Of a DNA stretch of 64,000 bases, positions 38,301 to 47,627 are shown one piece after another. The stretch comes from a virus. Lineage: Duplodnaviria > Heunggongvirae > Uroviricota > Caudoviricetes. Each line of letters starts with the position of its first letter. Positions within the stretch are counted from its first letter, which is position 1. The stretch covers positions 33,091 through 97,090 of the IMG/VR virus record IMGVR_UViG_3300045993_000281. One strand, written 5' to 3'. The position numbers and the translations under genes are program-made. The notes under the pieces are model-generated. The model was not told where the DNA came from. It searched no databases and was given only the letters and a program-made list of their open reading frames with translations.

Positions 38301-38861
38301 TTACCCCGCGCTGAGTGTAGCTATCTCAGCTGAGAGTTCTTTAAGCATGTTCACTGAGGCTAACTTTACTAGCGCCGGATGCCCATGCTGTAATACTTGT
38401 AACAGTAATTCTTTTTCTTGCAGGTACACTTTGGCAAAATTAGGGTCATTCGCAACGATATCACTTGTGTTACTGATTAGATCAGCTAGTTTGATCGTCG
38501 CCCCCCATTTAGAACTATGCGATAGATGCGCCCTATCCATGGCCTTTCTAGCGGCACGATTTCCATGCTCTGGAGTAGACACATCAGTTACTTCCGACAC
38601 TAACATGCTAACGTTTCTTCCAAATTTCGAACTGATTTGGAGTAACGTTACAGACGTATCTTCTACTAGGTCATGGAAGAGACCGCCGATAATTATATCT
38701 TCGCGAAGTTCTTCGCTGATATCGTCATGAAGCGTCTTATTGAGAATCGTGGCAACCTCTAACGGATGGACGGCGTAAGGCTCCCCTGTGAACTTCCTTT
38801 TCTGGCTTCCGTGCGCTGCTATCATGAAACTGATCGCGCCCAACATTCTTTCACTTACCAT
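38301..38861 (-). CDS. Small alarmone hydrolase ((p)ppGpp hydrolase; HD domain of the RelA/SpoT family)
   Basis: AAHGSQKRKFTGEPYAVHPLEVATIL...IIGGLFHDLVEDT matches the RelA/SpoT HD hydrolase signature. 186 aa with no synthetase domain. Confidence 0.8.
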   Translation of the reverse strand: MVSERMLGAISFMIAAHGSQKRKFTGEPYAVHPLEVATILNKTLHDDISEELREDIIIGGLFHDLVEDTSVTLLQISSKFGRNVSMLVSEVTDVSTPEHGNRAARKAMDRAHLSHSSKWGATIKLADLISNTSDIVANDPNFAKVYLQEKELLLQVLQHGHPALVKLASVNMLKELSAEIATLSAG

Positions 38862-38997
38862 ATTCTTCCTTTACCCTTGGTGGTTCTTCTTTTATACGTT
38901 CACGGTAGTAATACGGGCCGTAACCACCCATTGCGTAACCGAATCCGATCTTCCGTGGACCATATCTGTAAACTTTACGTTTCTTCATTAGTGCCCT

Positions 38998-39462
38998 TTA
39001 AAAGAAATATTCGATTACGTCGGCGATTTGTGGGAATGTTAGTCCCTCGTCGTTGAGCATGGACAGACTTATGGCCATCAACTCATCATCACCAGGGTTT
39101 CTACGCACCGACAGTACTGGCACATAGGGGTCTCTTGACGTAAAATTGCCCAGTTCAGTAAGTTCACGGGACAGATAATTGGCGTGGTGCTCTCCGCTAA
39201 TTGAGCATAGTGTGTTATCCAACCAGACACTCTTAGTTCTATCCGAACAGACGTCTTCTAAGACACCGAGACAACACATAAACTTTTCCGAACACCCTGA
39301 TATGCTACTCCTGAGTACACCTTCTGTTTGATAGTACCCGTCACCACGAAGCGCGGCTAACCATAACGCTTTTAATTCGGGATTCATTCTGCCTTGTTCG
39401 CCGCCTATTTCAGGGATTTGCTCTATCACGATGTTCTCCTTGTTGTGAATAATTCTAACCAC
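38998..39462 (-). CDS. Hypothetical protein
   Basis: 154-aa ORF. Confidence 0.5.
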   Translation of the reverse strand: MVRIIHNKENIVIEQIPEIGGEQGRMNPELKALWLAALRGDGYYQTEGVLRSSISGCSEKFMCCLGVLEDVCSDRTKSVWLDNTLCSISGEHHANYLSRELTELGNFTSRDPYVPVLSVRRNPGDDELMAISLSMLNDEGLTFPQIADVIEYFF

Positions 39463-39917
39463 TACTCATATATTCGCCAATGTATCGCCGACTGTACTAT
39501 ACTCAGATAACCACTACGATATCTGATTAGTCCTAGATCAGTGTAACCTAGGTTATGAGCAGCAGTTAACACTATTCCGCTGTTAAGTTGCGTACTAGCT
39601 TAATTTCTTCTTGAAAGTGTTCATTTTTTAAAATACTCCTTTAGAATGCGCGGTTTCTATCCACTGCGCGAAGTCTTAATAGCTGTTTATCTTTTGCTCA
39701 GCCACTCTATCCATTGTAGGATAATCAGCTTCAGAAACAACCAGTTTCGGGCTTCTGTTTATAGTCCAAGCAGGCTTTCCTTAAATATTCGCTGCGTGAA
39801 GAGTCGATTACTTACCTGGTGGTCCCATGTTATCTCCTGCGTTACGCGATTAAGTGTTTAGACTAGAAGTGACTCCTTGCTAAAGGGAGGTGCAACGCAC
39901 TGGTGCTGTACAGTGCT

Positions 39918-40160
39918 TTAAATCACTATGAACACGCAAATAACGCTAATAATAGCCGTGCAGGTTAGACCGACCACGAGACTAGCGTCAAATGCGATCA
40001 CGATTAACGTTATTACAGACGCTAAGAACACTAGCAAACTGACGATAAAGAACCACAACTTAACTTTTCCGATGTTCATATTCCCTCCATGTAATGTGTA
40101 CTCGGTAAACTTACAACACTCATAAGGCTCATTTGTATTGCGCAAGTCATGCACTTGCAC
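39918..40160 (-). CDS. Small membrane protein
   Basis: 80 aa with a C-terminal hydrophobic helix. Confidence 0.35.
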   Translation of the reverse strand: MQVHDLRNTNEPYECCKFTEYTLHGGNMNIGKVKLWFFIVSLLVFLASVITLIVIAFDASLVVGLTCTAIISVICVFIVI

Positions 40161-40550
40161 TCAAAACTCGCAGCAGAGCGTTGGGTCTACCGGCTAAACA
40201 TTATCAGTCCGGCTATCTTTGTGCGCACGGTGAGTACCACGCCACATGTTTCACCGTTGATTCGAGTATGTCTAACTACGTTGCAACGCGTTTCTTTACT
40301 GGTAGTACGACGTCATGTATGGCGCCAGACAAACTCTTCGCCCTACGTCGGCGTAGGAAGTGTGTGGTTGCGCAGTACGCGCCATTTTTGCCACTCTTGC
40401 AAGGCTCTCCTGAGCTGCTTCTGCACACAGGACAGGACGTTAAGATAACAGAACGATCTGTTCGCATGTACCGACCAACTTCATCCGGTACAGCTACGAA
40501 TATAAAAGCTGGTTGTCTGCTTTCAAATGCTACGAGATGAATTTTAGGTA

Positions 40551-40886
40551 TCACGACATACACTCCTCTAGGAATTTTTTAGTTGCTGTTACCTCTTCGT
40601 CCTGAATGGACACATCTCCGAGTTTGATAAACTTACGCGCAATCCAACCGGCGGATGGGTATGCTTTGCGGCAGTCAATACATATGACAGTTTTAGCCTT
40701 AAATAAAAAATGCTCAGGCATGATATCCAGGATTTCTTTTAAACTAATCCTCGTAGCGCAGCAACCACTCACTGCTGCGACCGTGTATGATTTACCTAGC
40801 TCTGGCTCAGGACCGAAATATGACGAAAAGAATCCACCTCTTTTGCGGTAGTCATGAATGCACATTACAACATCGCCTACTTTCAT
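40551..40886 (-). CDS. Small Cys-containing protein, paralog of 37676-37963
   Basis: MKVGDVVMCI...GKSYTVAAVSGCCATRISLK...CRKAYPSAGWIARKFIKL. Confidence 0.5.
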   Translation of the reverse strand: MKVGDVVMCIHDYRKRGGFFSSYFGPEPELGKSYTVAAVSGCCATRISLKEILDIMPEHFLFKAKTVICIDCRKAYPSAGWIARKFIKLGDVSIQDEEVTATKKFLEECMS

Positions 40887-40942
40887 AAAGACCTTTCTAT
40901 TAAGTATTTACTCGGATCAAACTTAGATTTATAGGTTCGTAA

Positions 40943-40959
40943 CAAGGATTCGATCCTTG
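40943..40959. other. Perfect 7-bp hairpin with a 3-nt loop (caaggat-tcg-atccttg) in a 540-bp non-coding region
   Basis: Seen directly in the sequence. Confidence 0.6.
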
Positions 40960-41430
40960 CTCGTAGCACGTCGCTAGATCTGGCTATAGTTGCCCAAATT
41001 AGCAGTCATTTCCTCTAAGTCTTTCACCGGCTAGACACTTATCACGTTTTAAACACTGGCTACCCAAGAGAGGGAGTACTCAATTTACGCCAGAAGTCGT
41101 AGTCTAACTAACCTGCAGGTGTTCAACACGGCCTTCACCACATGTGTGCTTTGCATACAGTGTCACATGGCGAATTTGTTAGGCGCCAGGCCGTACGGTT
41201 GTCTCGTAAATCATAGCTATGCAGCCACAATCAACGTCTATCCTAACTTTTACAAGAGATCGGCCACTAGTTAGGCTCTTCTCGTGTTCATTTACTCATT
41301 TCATGGAAGTTCTTTGCTACGTGCACAAAATAGCATACCGCACCACCCGCAATCCACCAACCTGATAGACCGAATTGCGTTACTAGTATAATCAGTATCA
41401 TGAAGTTTATTAACATTTATTTCCTTTAAT

Positions 41431-41506
41431 TGGCAGCCGGTGATGGATTCGAACCACCGCATAATGGGATCAAAACCCACGGCCTTAACCGCTTGGCTAA
41501 CCGGCT
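41431..41506 (-). tRNA. tRNA-Gln (anticodon UUG)
   Basis: Cloverleaf with a 7-bp acceptor stem, D-loop AGCCAAGCGGTTAAGGC, anticodon loop TTTTGAT, T-loop GGTTCGAATCC, and a 3' ACCA-less CCA end encoded. Confidence 0.8.
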
Positions 41507-41577
41507 ATTGATTGGTGGAGGCCTTTCACCCCCAGGTATGAACAGAACTGTGATATTCTGAGCACATCTTTACAACT

Positions 41578-41653
41578 TGGTAAAGTGTACGGGATTCGAA
41601 CCCGTGATGCTGCCTTGAAAGGGCAGAGACTTAGGCCTCTTGTCGAACACTTT
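41578..41653 (-). tRNA. tRNA-Glu (anticodon UUC)
   Basis: Acceptor AAAGTGT/ACACTTT, D-loop containing AGAGGCC, anticodon stem-loop CTGCC-CTTTCAA-GGCAG, T-arm ACGGGTTCGAATCCCGT, CCA end. Confidence 0.75.
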
Positions 41654-41892
41654 ATTTGTTAATAACAGCTCTAGGCATGTGGTCAAACAGGACTTGTCCT
41701 GCTCTTGTTGGAAACCAAACACGGTGCGATTGATAACTTTGCGTACCGTACTTTACAAAACGACATGAGGCAACGAATGTAAATTCGGACGCCCAATGAT
41801 ATTCGGTTAGTAACCAGAGCAACGCGTCTTTATGTTCTTCTGCCGCATACAATTCAATTTCTCGTCGGACTTTCATGTCAAGCCTCTCATGT

Positions 41893-41967
41893 TGGTGGTT
41901 GTGGATAGAATCGAACTATCGGCTAACGGCTTATCGGGCCGCTACTCTACCGCTGAGTTACACAACC
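41893..41967 (-). tRNA. tRNA-Ile (anticodon GAU)
   Basis: Acceptor GGTTGTG/CACAACC, anticodon stem-loop GCGGC-CCGATAA-GCCGT, T-arm GATAGTTCGATTCTATC, CCA end. Confidence 0.7.
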
Positions 41968-41971
41968 TTGT

Positions 41972-42047
41972 TGGTGGATCAGGTTGGAATCGAACCAACG
42001 ACCCTCTCGCTACCTTCGCGAGGCTCTACCTGCTGAGCTACTGACCC
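41972..42047 (-). tRNA. tRNA of uncertain isotype (atypical anticodon loop GAAGGTA)
   Basis: Acceptor GGGTCAG/CTGATCC (one G-U pair), D-arm GCTCAGCAGGTAGAGC, T-arm GTTGGTTCGATTCCAAC, CCA end. The best anticodon stem, CTCGC/GCGAG, leaves a loop GAAGGTA that lacks U33. Confidence 0.55.
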
Positions 42048-42464
42048 GTTTAATGCCTTTGGTGTTTTCAACTTATGGTGTTCTACAAAAGTAGCAATAT
42101 GGTCTTTGAATCGAGGTATGAACACCTCTCCAGAAATAGGTTTGCCCATGACTGACGCTGCCCTGTCGTGACACGCTTGCAAATGTTCAAGAAAGCTTGC
42201 GTCAGAAATACCATGTGTCTCTTTAATAATATTAGAAATACTTTTGGCCCTGTTGTTCAACATTAGCGATCTGGCGCCCATGCCTTCGATCAACTGAAAG
42301 TCGTAAGCTGTCAATGTATCTGGAAGAAGATGCCCGATAGCACATTTCAGTTCCCCAAATTTGTATCGACAAGCGCCCCTTTCTGTTATCGACGGCGCGC
42401 CTTGCAAAAGAATAGCCGCGACAACCTTGTTGAGCACTGCTTGTTTCTCTTCAATCGTGTTCAT
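41979..42464 (-). CDS. Hypothetical protein, paralog of 42474-42932
   Basis: 161 aa; ...AAILLQGAPS...C.Y.....C.IGHLL... pattern is shared with the neighbour. The last ~23 codons overlap the adjacent tRNA, so the true C-terminus is uncertain. Confidence 0.5.
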   Translation of the reverse strand: MNTIEEKQAVLNKVVAAILLQGAPSITERGACRYKFGELKCAIGHLLPDTLTAYDFQLIEGMGARSLMLNNRAKSISNIIKETHGISDASFLEHLQACHDRAASVMGKPISGEVFIPRFKDHIATFVEHHKLKTPKALNGSVAQQVEPREGSERVVGSIPT

Positions 42465-42473
42465 AAGCTCCTC

Positions 42474-42932
42474 TTAGGTTTCCAATACATTTGTTTTCAA
42501 GTGGTATCTCAAGGCTATTTCTTCTACCTTTATCCTGAAAGCATTTATAAAATCTGCATCGGTTAAGTAAAGGCGGCTACGATCTCTGGCGGCGCTGTCA
42601 TGCGCTGCTTGTAGTGCACCTATGAAAGTCGTCTCCAGTGGCCCATAGTTATTACGAATATCGTTCTGTACAACCTTCGCAGCCTCTTTTACATCATTAC
42701 CGAATATATCTGCGCCGTCTATTGTCATGATCGATTCCGCGCGTTTACCTTCGAGAAGCTCCATAGACAGTCCTTCGGAAACGAGATGTCCAAAGGCGCA
42801 TCTACGAGTGCCTTCGATGTAACTGCACATGTAAGTATTCTTGGTCGGGCCAGCGTGTCCTGAAGGGCCACCTTGCGCGAGTATTCCTGATACTGCCTTA
42901 TCAAAGGCTTTTTGCATTCCTTCTTTATTCAT
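42474..42932 (-). CDS. Hypothetical protein, paralog of 41979-42464
   Basis: 152 aa: ...SGILAQGGPS...CSYIEGTRRCAFGHLV.... Confidence 0.5.
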   Translation of the reverse strand: MNKEGMQKAFDKAVSGILAQGGPSGHAGPTKNTYMCSYIEGTRRCAFGHLVSEGLSMELLEGKRAESIMTIDGADIFGNDVKEAAKVVQNDIRNNYGPLETTFIGALQAAHDSAARDRSRLYLTDADFINAFRIKVEEIALRYHLKTNVLET

Positions 42933-43113
42933 AATATCCTCTTAGAATTGGGGTGTCGTCGGTAGCCTCGAATGACCACCGACGACTGTTAGCTGTTTAC
43001 TGCGATGGCCAGCTAAGACCACAAAAGCACGATACTGGCGTCAAGGAGTTCGCTTCGATCAGGATCCTCCTCAGTGTAGCCAGTGTCAGTTGACGCGTGC
43101 TGACTTCGTGCGA

Positions 43114-43353
43114 TTACTGATATTCAGGAGGAATTGGTAAGCTGCACGTCTCTTCCTTACCCGCCTTTAACAACCACAACTTCAGGGAGGTGCCATCATC
43201 TGACAACTTCCAGAACCAATGACAGCCACGATGATAGATCAAATTGTCGCCAATCTGGTCTTTCAACAGCAATTGCCATATTTTTGTCCAGAAGATATCT
43301 TCAAGTGTTGCTAGTGAAGTTGGGTCAGCTGGATACGAGATACTTCGTGCCAT
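43114..43353 (-). CDS. Hypothetical protein
   Basis: 79-aa ORF. Confidence 0.4.
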   Translation of the reverse strand: MARSISYPADPTSLATLEDIFWTKIWQLLLKDQIGDNLIYHRGCHWFWKLSDDGTSLKLWLLKAGKEETCSLPIPPEYQ

Positions 43354-43567
43354 GTCAATCTCCTCTTGGTTAAGTGGCGCTACTTGTTGGGGACGCCTTT
43401 AAACACACAAACGGCTGCACTTCCGCTCACTTTAGTTTTCACCACAGTAAGAGCATCAGTACACGCGCTATGTGAATTGAATTCGGCGGTTGTGATAGCG
43501 GTGCTGCCTGCATGACCAAACATCCAAACAATCAATATCCATTGCATTTGCTTCTCCTCTTGGTTAA

Positions 43568-43855
43568 TTACAAAGTTGAACTCCAGTTACTACAGTCTAA
43601 TACATCAATACGAAGGTCATAACCATACTGCTTGTCAGGGTTCCGAGTAAGCCAAACATCACCCATTCTGCTACAACCAATACATCTGAAACGTTCCCCT
43701 TTGTATGTGCAGAATAGCTTAAAGGGCGCCATGATCTCGGCGTAAAGCATCTTCTTCCAAGCGGGAAACCGGAAGATCTCCAGCCACCACCTAGCATATT
43801 CTTCTCCAGGTGGCACTCTTGGGGTTGCTGCGTCTAACCAGTCATCCACATGCAT
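43568..43855 (-). CDS. Hypothetical protein
   Basis: 95-aa ORF. Confidence 0.45.
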   Translation of the reverse strand: MHVDDWLDAATPRVPPGEEYARWWLEIFRFPAWKKMLYAEIMAPFKLFCTYKGERFRCIGCSRMGDVWLTRNPDKQYGYDLRIDVLDCSNWSSTL

Positions 43856-43971
43856 TATGCGATACTCCTTTGAATGCTAGGAAGGTATGATGGTGAGCAA
43901 CTTAGCTTTAGCTCACTAAGTCTCGTAACGTTGCCATCGCGTATCCTCTGAACTCAATACCCTCTTCGCAA

Positions 43972-44175
43972 TTATATTATGCGCTTACCATCTGCGCCGT
44001 AGTATTTGGGGCATGTCCAGAAGCCCTGTGGTGTTCGCCCATCAAGCATGTCGAGGAGCGTTGTTGGAGCCTGTATCCAATGCAACCCACGAAGCCCACA
44101 ATTACTACATGTGTGGGCTTCGTATTGCAATTTCTTCGCAGTCTCACGGTTCTTGAAACGCTGTTTACGGTTCAT
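43972..44175 (-). CDS. Small zinc-ribbon-like protein
   Basis: 67 aa with CSNCG...CPKY. Confidence 0.4.
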   Translation of the reverse strand: MNRKQRFKNRETAKKLQYEAHTCSNCGLRGLHWIQAPTTLLDMLDGRTPQGFWTCPKYYGADGKRII

Positions 44176-45587
44176 TGTATGGCAGCGTACCGTGGTGAGT
44201 TAATAACACTCCACATCATGCCTTCTGGTGTCAATGACTCATCGTCGCAAGCCAAGATCGACTTCATGATAGCTGGAGAGAATCCTGAAACCAACATGAC
44301 ACCTTGTTCGTTGGCAGTAGCAGGAACGTTATTATACGCACCATTCAGATTCCAAAACACGATGGTCGGTGGGGTGTAACCTGCTGTTTCATAACGCGCC
44401 CGAATCATTTCCAACCCAGACTGGTTTCCACACTGATTGAACTGCATGTCGCTTAGAATCAGTAACACTTTGGGCATCTGCTCCTGTGTTGCACCCGCTG
44501 AAATAGTACGGCTTAAGAGCAAGTTGAATGCGGACGTAATATCCGTGGTCATCCCCCAAGGGCAATTTTGCAACTGCATACGACGTTCGTCTAGCGTGCC
44601 TACCAGTTTGATCATTGAAGGTGTTTCGCTGAACGTAATGATCTCGTCCTTGAAAGTCCCCTGCTGACGTTCGGAAATGTACAATCCGAGAGCCAGCGCA
44701 ATGTCCATGCAACTTGCATTTCCACCGGCTTTTGCACTAGACATGCTGCCGCTGACGTCTACCATTGGAATCATGCCACTGCTACCTTCCATGTAATTCG
44801 GAAGTGCAGCCCATTGCGCTTCAGCTGTCACAATGTCGCCATTCCTAAGTCCGACAATTACGTCGTGTGGAAAGATAGCTGCGGCATTAACTTTAGTCTC
44901 GCCGGTAGCCAATCCCTTCTGCCATTCTTCATAGCGGGTTGCCTGATGCTTCTTGAAGGCCTTTTGATAGGCTTTGGACGCGATGGATGGAACGTGAGAG
45001 AAGTTTATGTCATCCCATTTACGGGCACACATTTGCTGCTCGACCGTTTTGCTGAGTGACGCGATGGTCTTGCGGTATTCCTTTGGGGACATGCCGAGCC
45101 CTTCACGCAACGCCACAGCTACTCTACCCTTGCGTGGCATCCATTTGGCACATAAGGCGTCTCCATTGCTGAGACCAGATTTTACCAGCGTCACACTGAT
45201 TGGCATCAGGCCTTCTGAGATCGTAGTGATCTTTTCAGAGACTACGCGTTCCGCAGTTATCGCCAGCACATCATCCCAACGACCATATTCTGGGATATGT
45301 GGGATAAAACGATTAACGGCATGCGGGTCGACACGTTGTAGCAAGTTAAGACAGTCGCGAAAGACCTTGCGTTCGCCTGCACCGCCACGGACATCGCGCG
45401 CCCAGAAAAGAATCTTCATAGCGTGGATGCCGTGTGCCTGGTAGGTGTTCACAAATTGTGAAGCAATGTTGGGGTTGTTGCGTGCTGCACCTATTCCAAA
45501 GAAGAGGTCAACTAATGAACTTGTGGTGCTTACCAACGCTTTCATGCCGTTGGTTGTTTCGGTTTCGTTTTCAGTTAAGAATGACAT
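44172..45587 (-). CDS. von Willebrand factor A (vWA) domain protein, possibly Ro60/TROVE-like
   Basis: 471 aa. MIPMVDVSGSMSS is a MIDAS-type motif (DxSxS) in a vWA-like context. A ~260-aa helical domain lies N-terminal to it. Confidence 0.55.
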   Translation of the reverse strand: MSFLTENETETTNGMKALVSTTSSLVDLFFGIGAARNNPNIASQFVNTYQAHGIHAMKILFWARDVRGGAGERKVFRDCLNLLQRVDPHAVNRFIPHIPEYGRWDDVLAITAERVVSEKITTISEGLMPISVTLVKSGLSNGDALCAKWMPRKGRVAVALREGLGMSPKEYRKTIASLSKTVEQQMCARKWDDINFSHVPSIASKAYQKAFKKHQATRYEEWQKGLATGETKVNAAAIFPHDVIVGLRNGDIVTAEAQWAALPNYMEGSSGMIPMVDVSGSMSSAKAGGNASCMDIALALGLYISERQQGTFKDEIITFSETPSMIKLVGTLDERRMQLQNCPWGMTTDITSAFNLLLSRTISAGATQEQMPKVLLILSDMQFNQCGNQSGLEMIRARYETAGYTPPTIVFWNLNGAYNNVPATANEQGVMLVSGFSPAIMKSILACDDESLTPEGMMWSVINSPRYAAIQ

Positions 45588-45629
45588 TTTTTTCCTTTTA
45601 AGTTAGCAGAATCTACATAGTCTTTTTCA

Positions 45630-46075
45630 TAGAAAGGGTTGGAGTTGCTGTAGAGATTCTATTGTTTATATCGGTATCCTTGTATGGGGTACGACCCACT
45701 CTCCGTAGACCAAAGGTCCTAGATTAAACCAAGGGTGTTGCTGAAAAGATACCATTTATAGCGGAAGCCATGCCAACACTCTCGTGTTAGCGGTTCTATT
45801 AAAAGTAGAGGGCATTGTGTGCAGAATGGCTTCCATTTAATTACAAATCAGGATGTACGTCTTTTTAGCAGAAAGGGAGATTGCTGAAGACATCCTGTTT
45901 TAATTACGTAGACAGAGTCTCTTTGATACGCGGATGCCCTTACGGGCGAGAGGGTTTGCTGTATAGACTCTAAAGTTATTTCGGTTATCGGGATTTTATT
46001 CACATCTCCTAGGGTAATTGCTGTATAAATCCCATTGTACTACTTCGGCTTTATCGGTTGGGTATGCTGAAAACA
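45630..46075. repeat. Six dispersed copies of a GGG-N(1-7)-TTGCTG-(T/A)A motif, several followed ~17 nt later by T(A/T)TCGG, in a 558-bp non-coding spacer
   Basis: Copies: aaagggttggagTTGCTGTAgag, aagggtgTTGCTGAAaag, aaagggagaTTGCTGAAgac, gagggtTTGCTGTAtag, tagggtaaTTGCTGTAtaa, gttgggtaTGCTGAAaac. Also an 8-bp inverted repeat caggatgt...acatcctg, and catcct...aggatg. Confidence 0.6.
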
Positions 46076-46145
46076 TCCTACCTAATCAGGATGGTTACTA
46101 CATCAACCAACCTCTTGGACGTTAACACCCAATAGGTCAGCTAAT

Positions 46146-47627
46146 TCATTTGCTCTGAATTCGAGCACGTATTTCTGACAGTGTTTGAATTGGACCAATT
46201 CGGAAACCGTCTTCAAACACCACCTTTAACTGATCACCTGTTATGTCGCCATGTAGCGGTAATTCGTCTTCATAATAGTAGTCGCCATAGCCGTCTTTCA
46301 AAACCACAACACGACCTTTCTGCGACTTCTTTGTACCATCATCGGTCTTCGGATTCTTGAAGATATGGCGCTCCTGCCCATTTACTACAACTACTGTGGA
46401 CTTTAGAGCGAATCCGAAAGTGTCGCGTGTGTTGTACTGATACGTGAAGCTGCCAATACCAAACACACAATTGATCGATGCAAATCCCTTCAGGTACAGC
46501 AGATTGACGATCTGTCGGGCGCGATCGATAGTAATTGAATCACCATAGATTGCGCCGATATGGGAGTCCAATAGCTTAAATCCCTTGGGCGATAATGTAC
46601 CACCAAAGAGATCCCACAGACACTCAATAACGCCTTTGTAGACCATGGTGCCAGGTTGTGCATCAGAGTCACCGCAGATGATCTTGACAGGGTCGCCTGA
46701 ATCAGGACGTATAACCAACTTACCGTCACGCGCCATGATGTCATCCTTAAGTAGCGGCAGCACACGCCCGATAACATCCCACAAATCCCATGTATCGGAC
46801 ACAACAGAGAGGAAGCCTGTAGGGTACACGTCGTTAATCAGACGTTTAAAACTGACCATATCGTCTTCATACGCACACATGACGCTATGCTCAGTTGCCG
46901 GTATGGAAGTGCCGACCAACTCTTCGTCCACATTTGCACCATAGTACTGCTCTAAATACGGAATTGCAGGAACAGTATCAGTGCCCTGGAAGCTTGTCAA
47001 GTGTGCAGCGCCTGAACGGGATGCAGCAGAGATGCTTGACAGACCACGCATAGAGAAATCATGTCCCTGAAAAGGTACGAAATCCGTATTACCGACAGTC
47101 AACATTGCCGCTTCATTTAGTAACTGGCGATACTGATCAGCAATCGTTGCACTTGTGTAACCAAGCCACAATTCTGAAGACATAAGTGTCTCTAGATTGT
47201 TGGTCAACCAAGCGAATTTCTTGTCTGTATTATGCACGGTAAACGCAGGGCAGCGAATAGGGCAACGTGAGCCTTCGGGAAGTGCCTTAATCAACAGTGG
47301 GAGATATCCGAGAAAGTGCAAATCCCGTATGTGTTGTGTTTCGACATCTTTGATACCCAATGATTTGCCAACAGTACGTGCGTAGTCGTCCACGATGATA
47401 TCAATCGGAGCATCGAAGAAGTTATCATTGAAGTAATCAATCAGCCACTCTTGAATAAATCCCTGCAGTCCGAAGACCACGACCGCGTCGACTCCTGGCA
47501 AACGTGTTGATCTTGGTGTCCATGTCGAGTACACTACCTCTGTACCTGGTGGATACTGGACGCGGTGAAATAGTTTGTAGAAGTCGGTCAGACACATCGG
47601 ATTAAGCTTTTTCAAATTGTTCTCCAT
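46146..47627 (-). CDS. nadV: Nicotinamide phosphoribosyltransferase family protein (NadV/NAMPT-like; possibly a Namat-type enzyme)
   Basis: 493 aa. MCLTDFYKLFH matches (TDxYK), and VIRPDSGDPVKII matches the NAMPT RPDSGD motif. Confidence 0.8.
   Translation of the reverse strand: MENNLKKLNPMCLTDFYKLFHRVQYPPGTEVVYSTWTPRSTRLPGVDAVVVFGLQGFIQEWLIDYFNDNFFDAPIDIIVDDYARTVGKSLGIKDVETQHIRDLHFLGYLPLLIKALPEGSRCPIRCPAFTVHNTDKKFAWLTNNLETLMSSELWLGYTSATIADQYRQLLNEAAMLTVGNTDFVPFQGHDFSMRGLSSISAASRSGAAHLTSFQGTDTVPAIPYLEQYYGANVDEELVGTSIPATEHSVMCAYEDDMVSFKRLINDVYPTGFLSVVSDTWDLWDVIGRVLPLLKDDIMARDGKLVIRPDSGDPVKIICGDSDAQPGTMVYKGVIECLWDLFGGTLSPKGFKLLDSHIGAIYGDSITIDRARQIVNLLYLKGFASINCVFGIGSFTYQYNTRDTFGFALKSTVVVVNGQERHIFKNPKTDDGTKKSQKGRVVVLKDGYGDYYYEDELPLHGDITGDQLKVVFEDGFRIGPIQTLSEIRARIQSK

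Noticed and set aside
41652-41876. 74-aa minus-strand ORF and 70-aa plus-strand ORF (41832-42044) in the tRNA cluster
   Set aside because: They overlap the well-folding tRNA genes and have no RBS. They are most likely not coding.
45630-46075. Reading the GGG...TTGCTG repeats as sigma-54 (-24 GG / -12 GC) promoters
   Set aside because: The GG-to-GC spacing varies from 5 to 11 nt between copies, which is incompatible with the fixed sigma-54 spacing.
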